DNA from: an uncultured delta proteobacterium
GTDB lineage: Bacteria; Myxococcota_A; Polyangia; Polyangiales; Polyangiaceae
Reading direction: 5' to 3'
Assembly (NCBI GenBank): GCA_963841435.1
Contig: CAWJCS010000003.1
Coordinates: forward strand, 1,472,001 to 1,536,000
DNA: 64,000 bases
The notes beneath the pieces are model-generated. The model was not told the DNA's origin, did not search any database, and was given only the letters and a program-made list of their open reading frames with translations. This document shows, in pieces, positions 54,124-60,639 of the stretch. Both the position numbers and the translations under genes were made by a program. Numbering within the stretch: the first letter of the stretch is position 1; every line of letters starts with the position of its first letter.

Positions 54124-55866
54124 CTAAGACGATACGACGCCGATCGTGCCGTCGCTTCCGAGCCGGAGGGCCACGGGCGCCTCGCTCCGGAACAGGAAAA
54201 GCGCGCCGGCATCGGTGCTGAGCGCCGTGAGATCACCCGTCGTGGGGCCGCCGAAGTCCCCGGTATCGAACACGATGGTATCCTTCGCGCCCGCCAGGCC
54301 CGAGAGCGGCGCGAGGCGGACCCGCGTTTCGCCGAGCGCCGCGCGATAGAGCACGTACACCTTGTCGCCGAGCGGCCCGACCGCCCAGAGGTACGTGCTG
54401 TCGAACGCCGGGAGCTTCACGTCGCTCGGCTTGCAGCCGTCCATAGTGCAGTCGATGCGACCGACGGTGGCGCTGCCCTTCTCCGTCTTCATCCACGCGA
54501 GGCTTGCACCGCTCGCCGAGCACACGAGCTCGGACTCGCCGGTGCAATCGAACGGCATCGTCAGCTCCGCGGGCTTCGACCAGGAGCCCTTCTCGAAGAG
54601 CATCACCGTGACGGCCGTCTTGCCTTCCCCGCCGGTCGCCTTGCCGCTGCCTTGCCCCGACCGCGAGCCGAACACGGCAACGCCGAGCGTGTCGCCCGCC
54701 CGGCAGGTGTGGAACGCACCGGCGAAGTTGCCCTTGTAGTGCCCGCCGTCCTTCAAGCGACCGCGCGAGAGCGACTTCACGCCGAGCTCCACGCCCGATT
54801 CGGTGGGGCTCAAGTAGAGGATCTGGTCGCCGAGCGCAATCGGATCGCCGACGGTGCCCTCGAGCTTGAGCTTCGTGCCCTTGGACGCCTTCCCACCCGC
54901 AAGCTCGATGGCAACGTAACCCTCCTCGACCGCGGCCGCGCCCTTCGGCTTCTCGAACATGCCGCGGCCCTTGGCGGACTTGGCGGGTTTGGCCGGCTTG
55001 GCCGAAGGATCCGGTGCGGCGAGCGAAACGTCCTGCCCGGCCTTCTCGACGGCCACGCCGTCGCGAAGCAGGCGACCGCTGCGCCCCGCGACGGCCGACG
55101 TTTCGCCATTCTCGACGTTGTAGGCGACGAGCCCCGTCTCGGTGAGGCCCGCGGCGTAGAGGCCCCCCGCATCGTTGACGATCTCGACGCTCTGCGGCGG
55201 CAGCTCCGGCACCTTGTCGTTTGCCTTCACGCAGCGCACCTTGCCAAAGTCCGCGGCAAACTCGCACACCGTGGGGCGCACGCGACCTTCGGACTTCTTC
55301 AAAGCGAGCAAGGCCCGCCCATCACTGGTCAACACCGGGCCCGACACGCGCTCTGGCTCGGCGCTGAAGCTCTTCCAGCCCTTCGAATCCACGACGGGCG
55401 GCGGCGCTGCCGCCGGTGCCGGACCGCCCGCCCCGGGCACGATCTTCAGCTCGGCGTCCTTCGCCGCCTCCCAGAGCTCGGTCGTCACGGAAATGAGGGA
55501 GCTATCGAACGCGATGGCGCAGCTGCCCTTCGCGTCACTGCAGCCGAAGCGGTCGTGCAGCTTGCGACGCAAAATCGCCGTCTTGCCGGAGTTGTCGAGC
55601 GCGGCGTACAGATCATCGGCGTGGCTCGCGCAGCTCTTGGGCCAGGCGTCCTTGCCCGCCGAGGCCGGCGAGCTTCCCAGCATGAGCTGCCGGAGCTTCG
55701 GAACGCGCTCGGCAATGGGCGCCGATGCGGCGGGCCCCGCGAGACAGGTCGCGAGCGCGCTCCAGTGCTTTTGGCTCTCCTCGTCCGAACAGCCACAAAG
55801 TAGAGTGAACGCCGCCGCCGAAAAGACGAGCGCGCGCGAGCCCGAGGTGCCGCCTCCGATTGTCAT
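54124..55866 (-). CDS. Hypothetical lipoprotein
   Basis: FTLLCGC lipobox; long ORF with normal composition. Confidence 0.75.
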   Translation of the reverse strand: MTIGGGTSGSRALVFSAAAFTLLCGCSDEESQKHWSALATCLAGPAASAPIAERVPKLRQLMLGSSPASAGKDAWPKSCASHADDLYAALDNSGKTAILRRKLHDRFGCSDAKGSCAIAFDSSLISVTTELWEAAKDAELKIVPGAGGPAPAAAPPPVVDSKGWKSFSAEPERVSGPVLTSDGRALLALKKSEGRVRPTVCEFAADFGKVRCVKANDKVPELPPQSVEIVNDAGGLYAAGLTETGLVAYNVENGETSAVAGRSGRLLRDGVAVEKAGQDVSLAAPDPSAKPAKPAKSAKGRGMFEKPKGAAAVEEGYVAIELAGGKASKGTKLKLEGTVGDPIALGDQILYLSPTESGVELGVKSLSRGRLKDGGHYKGNFAGAFHTCRAGDTLGVAVFGSRSGQGSGKATGGEGKTAVTVMLFEKGSWSKPAELTMPFDCTGESELVCSASGASLAWMKTEKGSATVGRIDCTMDGCKPSDVKLPAFDSTYLWAVGPLGDKVYVLYRAALGETRVRLAPLSGLAGAKDTIVFDTGDFGGPTTGDLTALSTDAGALFLFRSEAPVALRLGSDGTIGVVSS

Positions 55867-56064
55867 GGGGTCGCACCATAGTCCCATTCCTCGCCTCGGT
55901 GCAGCGCTCAATTCCGTTGCGACGCGCCATGGCACGCGCAGCCCCCGAGCGGCGCAAACACGAGCTTCGAGCGACGCGGGCGGAAGAGGCGCCGAGAAAT
56001 GCCCCCGCAAAAATCCGCTCTGACGGGCAGCGACTCCGCACGCGGCGCCGCCGCGGTCAAACGC

Positions 56065-56727
56065 TCAGGGGGGCGCGCCGCCGGCGGGCATCGGCACGCG
56101 CTCCATCGAGCGATCGTGCCGCGTACCGAACAGCGGCAGCGCGATCGCCGCGCCGACCAGCGCGAGCAACATGTCCCACTGTGCGTCCCACACGTCGCCC
56201 TGCGAGCCGAGGAACGCCACCCCGACATCCGGCGCCACGAGCACCGCCACCCACCATTCGAGAAGCTCCCAGAACGCCGCCACGGCGAGCACGACCGACA
56301 GCACCAGGAACGTGAGCCACCCGCCACGCACGAGCGGCGTCTTCCGGAGCAGCACCTCGCGCGCGATGAAGCCCGGAAACACCCCGAGCGCGAGATGCCC
56401 CACGCGATCGTAATGATTGCGCGCGAAGTGAAACGTCTCCTTCGCCCAATCGCCGAGCGGCGTCGCCGCGTACGTGTAGTACCCGCCGTAAATCAGAATC
56501 AAAAGGTGAAAGAACGTCCCCACGTACACCCAGTGCGAAAGCGGCAAGCGCCGATAAATCGCCACCAGCACCGCCACCTCGAGCAACCCGGGCCCCACCT
56601 CGAGCACAATGCTCGTCCGCCCCGCAGGCGGATCCCAGGCAGCGAGAGCCACGACGAAGAGCGCCACGCCGAGCAGCGCAAGCGGCAACCGGGCATGGCG
56701 CGCGAGGGGTTCGGACAGCGCGCCCAT
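56065..56727 (-). CDS. DUF2238 (YjdF-like) membrane protein
   Basis: GGYYTYA..PLG, RNHYDRVGH, ELLEWW, FLGSQGDVWDAQWDM. Confidence 0.92.
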   Translation of the reverse strand: MGALSEPLARHARLPLALLGVALFVVALAAWDPPAGRTSIVLEVGPGLLEVAVLVAIYRRLPLSHWVYVGTFFHLLILIYGGYYTYAATPLGDWAKETFHFARNHYDRVGHLALGVFPGFIAREVLLRKTPLVRGGWLTFLVLSVVLAVAAFWELLEWWVAVLVAPDVGVAFLGSQGDVWDAQWDMLLALVGAAIALPLFGTRHDRSMERVPMPAGGAPP

Positions 56728-56741
56728 CACGAATCTTGCTC

Positions 56742-56847
56742 CCTCCACTCGCACGTCACTCGCACGTGCTCGCCTTCGGCTGCGCGCGCGCGGTCTCCTC
56801 CTTAATCATGCTCGCCTTCGGCTGCGCGTGATTGGAGGAGACGGGTC
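56742..56847. repeat. Hairpin-rich direct repeat, copy 1
   Basis: CCTCCACTCGCACGT...GCTCGCCTTCGGCTGCGC...GTCTCCTCCTTAATCATGCTCGCCTTCGGCTGCGCGTGATTGGAGGAGACGGGTC; near-identical to 58533-58633. Confidence 0.9.
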
Positions 56848-57071
56848 TTGCCGGTTGGGGGCATCGAGTGAGACGGCGACGTCGGTGGCCGAGGGGCGTT
56901 GGCGTCGTGAGGCTCAACACATGCCGACAGTATCACGACGGTCGGCGCGGCGGATGGTGACTCGAGCACGCGCGTCGCGTCCGGCACGGGGCCCGGGCTT
57001 CGCGGGAACGCGCACGTCGCGCGCCGTGCTCCGGTCCTTCGCACAAACGGTGACGCGCCACGCACGTCCAA

Positions 57072-57113
57072 CTGTCAATAGCCATTGACAGCGCCACTCG
57101 CGGAGCGTAACCT
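57072..57113 (+). promoter_or_regulatory. Sigma70 promoter of hicAB with overlapping operator palindrome
   Basis: TTGACA (57085-57090), 17 bp, TAACCT (57108-57113). Perfect dyad CTGTCAAT-AGCC-ATTGACAG covers the -35 box. Confidence 0.8.
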
Positions 57114-57120
57114 GATGGCT

Positions 57121-57325
57121 GTGACGGCTCGGGAACTTCGACGCGTTCTCCCGCTCACACGGCTGCGTCGAGGTGCGTCAAGCCGGCTCTCATTTCCGAA
57201 TCCGGTGTGGCAAATGCTTCACCACCGTGCCGGTCCACCAGGGTGAGGACATCGGCAGCGGCCTCTTGGCGAAGATCGAGCGAGACATGGAACCCTGTCT
57301 CGGGAAAGGATGGCTCAAACGATGA
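57121..57325 (+). CDS. hicA: HicA family toxin; extra C at 57150-57152
   Basis: Not in the ORF track. Removing one C gives MTARELRRVLRSHGCVEVRQAGSHFRIRCGKCFTTVPVHQGEDIGSGLLAKIERDMEPCLGKGWLKR*, with the GSH and VPxH motifs. Confidence 0.88.
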
Positions 57326-57711
57326 AACCTCGGCAAACGTATTGTGTCGTCTACGAACGCGACGAAAGTGGCTTTTGGGTTGCGAGTGTCGCCGGCATCC
57401 GCGGCTGTCACACCCAGGGCAGGACGATCGAGCAGGCGCGCGAGCGCGCCCGGGAAGCGATTCAGGCAGCGCTCGATTTGCAGCGGCCCTACGCCGGCAA
57501 GCTCGTGGACGATGTGCGGCTACCGCCACCGATCAAGAAGGTCGTCGCCTCGGCCCTGCACGCTCGAGCCAAGGCAGCCGTTGCCGACCGCGCCGCATCC
57601 GAGGGCAGCCGTCAGGCGATCGCCGCGCTCACGCGCATCGGCCTGAGCCTACGCGACGCTGGTGAGCTCCTGGGCGTCTCGCGGCAACGAGCGCAGAAGC
57701 TCGCGAGCTGA
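57322..57711 (+). CDS. hicB: HicB family antitoxin with C-terminal HTH
   Basis: GCHTQGRTIEQARERAREAI; LSLRDAGELLGVSRQRAQKL; ATGA overlap with hicA. Confidence 0.92.
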   Translation: MKPRQTYCVVYERDESGFWVASVAGIRGCHTQGRTIEQARERAREAIQAALDLQRPYAGKLVDDVRLPPPIKKVVASALHARAKAAVADRAASEGSRQAIAALTRIGLSLRDAGELLGVSRQRAQKLAS

Positions 57712-57732
57712 CCCCACCGACGCTGACGCCCG

Positions 57733-57763
57733 GTCTAACTTTCGGATCAGGCTGACGAGCTTC
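57733..57763 (+). other. Left half of an attC-like site
   Basis: GTCTAACTTTCGGATCAGGCTGACGAGCTTC matches the left arm of the 59803 site; no pairing right arm follows. Confidence 0.55.
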
Positions 57764-57821
57764 CCACTCCGACCTCCGCAACACCCGAAGTAGGGTATCA
57801 TCGGCTGCAGCATTGTGCGGG

Positions 57822-57850
57822 TTGCGACCAGGCACCCGCGAGCGTATGAT
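57822..57850 (+). promoter_or_regulatory. Sigma70-type promoter of the DUF433 module
   Basis: TTGCGA, 17 bp, TATGAT, 8 nt before the ATG. Confidence 0.65.
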
Positions 57851-57858
57851 TTGTCGCG

Positions 57859-58083
57859 ATGGACTGGCAGAGCAGAGTCGTGATCGACCCCGCAATCCGC
57901 GCAGGTAGGCCCTGCATCCGGGGGACGCGGATCACCGTCTACGACGTTCTGGAGTACCTAGCGGGTGGGATGACCGAAGCCGACTTGCTGCGCGATTTCC
58001 CGGATCTCACTCGGGACGACGTACGCGCCAGCCTCTCCTTCGCGGCGGCTCGGGAGCGCCGCCTTTCTAGTCCGGCCGCGTGA
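57859..58083 (+). CDS. DUF433 family antitoxin
   Basis: IDPAIRAGRPCIRGTRITVYDVLEYLAGGM....L.DFP.L...DV.A.L.FAA. Confidence 0.95.
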   Translation: MDWQSRVVIDPAIRAGRPCIRGTRITVYDVLEYLAGGMTEADLLRDFPDLTRDDVRASLSFAAARERRLSSPAA

Positions 58084-58365
58084 AGCGGCCTGTATCCCGG
58101 CAGCGCTCACGTTTCAGCCGTCGGCCTTCGCGGCGCAACGGACGATGCGGTGTGGGATTTCGCTCGCGAGCATGGCTTCGCGATCGTGTCGAAGGACAAT
58201 CACTTCCGGCAGCGTGGGTTCGTCGAGGGACCACCTCCGAAGATCGTCTGGCTGGACGTCGGAAACGCTGGCACGGAAGAGATCACCAAGTTTGTCCGGG
58301 AACGCCGGCCAATGACGAGCAATGTGGGGGCGACTACAAGGAACCTAGCCGCCAGCCAAAACTGA
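58080..58365 (+). pseudogene. DUF5615 PIN-like toxin, N-terminally deleted and frameshifted
   Basis: GTG AAG start overlaps the DUF433 stop, then jumps frame to LYPGSAHV..VGL.GATD..VWDFARE.GF.IVSKD..F....GPPPKIVWL..GN. The usual LLxDxN segment is absent. Confidence 0.8.
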
Positions 58366-58530
58366 GCGCCCGACATGCCGGGCGGGTAGTACTCGTAGTC
58401 CAGCATGCCCCCGGGGATCTGGACGGTGTCGAGGCGGCCGGCGCTGTCGGGCGTCCTGACGATCTGGACGCTGTCGGGGCGGGTTTGGGTGCGGAGCATG
58501 CGGTCGGGGTCGTAAGTGTAGCTCTCTTGA
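58365..58530 (-). pseudogene. RHS/YD-repeat core fragment
   Basis: QESYTYDPDRMLRTQTRPDSVQIVRTPDSAGRLDTVQIPGGMLDYEYY; cut at repeat copy 2. Confidence 0.7.
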
Positions 58531-58532
58531 TG

Positions 58533-58633
58533 CCTCCACTCGCACGTGCTCGCCCGCAGGGCGGGCTGCGCGCGCGCGGTCTCCTCCCGAATCATGCTCG
58601 CCTACGGCTGCGCGTGATTGGTGGAGACGGGTC
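58533..58633. repeat. Hairpin-rich direct repeat, copy 2
   Basis: Same element as 56742-56847, with changes concentrated in the hairpin loops. Confidence 0.9.
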
Positions 58634-58689
58634 GTCGCGCGTTTGAGCCTCGAGGCGTTGTCCGTGAAGGGGTTGTAGTGACCGCTGAC

Positions 58690-58986
58690 TCAGCCGAGAT
58701 CTGGGCCGCTCTTCCGCGATGCGCCCCAAACTGCGATGATCCGGACGACCTGCTCGTGCTCGAGCACAACGTAGTAGACGTGGCATTTCGTCTTCGGGAG
58801 CAGCACGCGCCGGACTGCTTCGCCCTCGAAGTGACCGTAGAGCTCGTGCTTCGGTCCTTCAGCAAGCATCGCCCGTGCGGCGCGGAGCTCCTCCGTGAAG
58901 AGCTGTTTTGCATCACGATGCGCGCGCCACCACTTTCGTTCCCTACGCGCCTGGTGCCGCGCCTCCTCGGCAAGCTCGACTTTCAC
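58690..58986 (-). CDS. RelE/ParE family toxin
   Basis: 98 aa; VRRVLL.K..HVYYVV....VRIIAVW; GTGA overlap with the upstream small acidic gene. Confidence 0.85.
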   Translation of the reverse strand: MKVELAEEARHQARRERKWWRAHRDAKQLFTEELRAARAMLAEGPKHELYGHFEGEAVRRVLLPKTKCHVYYVVLEHEQVVRIIAVWGASRKSGPDLG

Positions 58987-59210
58987 GGCTCGGCGTCGAG
59001 CTCGTTCAACACGTCGTCGAAGTTGGCGACTCGACCGGCACGTCCGTCCCGGATCCCCCGGGCAATCGAAGCATGCAGCTCGCGCCTTTCCGCGTCGCTC
59101 ATCCCGTCCTCACTAACCACGCAAACGTCGACTACCGTACCCTCGGGAAGGTCGGTAGGTGCGTCCAGCGTGAGACGCCCGTTCCGCACTGTCGCCTTCA
59201 GCACGTCCAT
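58983..59210 (-). CDS. Putative antitoxin
   Basis: 75 aa MDVLKATVRNGRLTLDAPTDLPEGTVV... with acidic C-terminus, directly upstream of the toxin. Confidence 0.8.
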   Translation of the reverse strand: MDVLKATVRNGRLTLDAPTDLPEGTVVDVCVVSEDGMSDAERRELHASIARGIRDGRAGRVANFDDVLNELDAEP

Positions 59211-59264
59211 CCGTCCATGATACCACCGCTCTCGTGCAGGCGCTCGCTCGCCGCATCGGTGCGC

Positions 59265-59409
59265 CCTCGCCCCCGGGCTGGTCTCGGGCTCCGCAGGATC
59301 GCGCAACCGGCGCGCCGCGCTTCCGCTCGGCGCGTCCCCCTCGCTCTCCTCGCGCGTCACGCCGCTTGCGCCTTGGAAGGCTGCGCCCGAGCCCATCCCG
59401 GGCGCGAGG
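59265..59409. repeat. Long imperfect inverted repeat upstream of the DUF559 gene
   Basis: CCTCGCCCCCGGGCTGGTCTCGGGCTCCGCAG pairs with CTGCGCCCGAGCCCATCCCGGGCGCGAGG. Confidence 0.8.
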
Positions 59410-59418
59410 AGAACCTCC

Positions 59419-59796
59419 ATGCTCAAGCCCAGCTTCACCGTCAGTCCCGCCCGCCAGCAGCTTCTCGCGGCCCGCGCTCATGACATGCGCGTCTTCGCCC
59501 CGGAGCCGGAGCACCGGCTCTGGCAGGAGCTTCGCGGTCAGCGGCTCGGCGTCGTGTTTAGCCGGCAGGTCGTGCTCGGGCGCCACGTCGCGGACTTCGC
59601 CGCGCCGTCGATTAGGCTCGTGGTGGAAGTGGATGGTCCCATTCATGCTCGGCACCGCTCGTACGATGCGCGGCGGGACCGGGATCTCGGCCGGCTCGGC
59701 TACCACGTGCTTCGCATCCCGGCGGCGCTCGTCATGAAGGAGTTCGCGGCGGCCATGGCCATGGTGCGCCGCACGCTGAACGAGCGCCGCCGCTGA
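59419..59796 (+). CDS. DUF559 (Vsr-like PD-(D/E)xK) endonuclease domain protein
   Basis: E..LW.ELR...LG..F.RQ..LG..VADF......LVVEVDG..H.....DARRD..L...GY.VLR; GAGGAG SD upstream. Confidence 0.92.
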   Translation: MLKPSFTVSPARQQLLAARAHDMRVFAPEPEHRLWQELRGQRLGVVFSRQVVLGRHVADFAAPSIRLVVEVDGPIHARHRSYDARRDRDLGRLGYHVLRIPAALVMKEFAAAMAMVRRTLNERRR

Positions 59797-59802
59797 CGCG
59801 CG

Positions 59803-59860
59803 GTCCAACTTTCGCATCAAGCTGGCGAGGTTCGCTCGCAGCTTATCCGGGGCGTTGATC
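59803..59860 (+). other. Integron attC-like recombination site
   Basis: R'' GTCCAAC; CGCATCAAGCTG pairs with CAGCTTATCCG leaving one extrahelical base; inner GCGAG/CTCGC stem; R' GTTGATC; 58 bp; starts 6 nt after the DUF559 stop. Confidence 0.7.
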
Positions 59861-59897
59861 CTCACGACGGCGGACGAATGGCCGCTAGACGCCGAAC

Positions 59898-60077
59898 TCA
59901 AGGGACCGCCCCTTCGCAAGAGCTCCGCTCGTAGTCCCACCTTCCACCGGCATCGAGGCAACGATCAATCAGCATGAATCGCCGGACCCAAAATCCACCG
60001 CCGATCGCGGCGAGCACAAGCAGCGCCAGCACGCCCACTTGGACTCCTGTGATCGGCCGGCGCTGTAACCCGGTCAT
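59898..60077 (-). CDS. Small membrane protein, candidate immunity protein
   Basis: 59 aa, one TM then IDRCLDAGGRWDYERSSCE; TGATG coupling to the SAA-like ORF. Confidence 0.75.
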   Translation of the reverse strand: MTGLQRRPITGVQVGVLALLVLAAIGGGFWVRRFMLIDRCLDAGGRWDYERSSCEGAVP

Positions 60078-60465
60078 CAGTACGCTGGACCGAGCCCATT
60101 CGGGCGGTAGATGGCGCACGCCTTCTTACATTCGTACTCGTCGTGCGCACCGCTGTTTCGACCGTGACGGTTCGCCGCCTGGTCGGCGTTGCACGCGCTG
60201 GCCGGATCTCCCTTCAGATGCTCGTCCGTCCATTCCCGCGCGTCAGAAATCGCTTCGGCAACGTCTTCGCGTCCACGGGCCGCTGCCTCGCAATTCGCCT
60301 TGCAGTGGAAGTACTTGTCGGCGCCAATCGTGTTTGCGTCGCGCATGTCGTTGTAATTGTCACGGAAGGCGTCGACCGCATCTGGGTAGCTCGTGAGGCG
60401 GTCAAGCTGATGCTTAAACGCTTAAACCGTTTATCCGGGGGCGTTGGAAGGGGCAAGTCTTCGGA
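60077..60465 (-). pseudogene. Orphan serum amyloid A-like domain (probable polymorphic toxin C-terminus)
   Basis: [37 protein letters not shown]...AEAISDARE...ADQAANRHGR...YRPNGLGPAY. The upstream linker is frameshifted by an 8-bp duplication at 60412-60427. Confidence 0.8.
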
Positions 60466-60639
60466 ACCCGGGCTCGGGACATGCGCGTCTATCCCTCCGA
60501 GCCTGAGCGCCGGCTCTGGCAAGAGCTCCGCGGCGCGCGGCTCGGGGTTGCGTTTCGCAGGCAGGTCGTCCTCGGAAACGTGTCCGTCCGCCGGACCGCA
60601 CCCGGTGCGAGGGTTGACGCCGAGGTGTGGCCGGTCGGG

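Noticed and set aside
56964-57031. GC-rich hairpin GAGCACG...CGTGCTC upstream of hicAB
   Set aside because: Short arms in very GC-rich DNA, single copy, no attC cores or U-tract.
60400-60450. Third attC-like site (TCAAGCTG...TTATCCGGGGGCGTTGG resembles the 59803 site)
   Set aside because: No RYYYAAC core and the arms do not pair. The stretch also reads as the coding linker of the SAA-like gene. A decayed site cannot be excluded.
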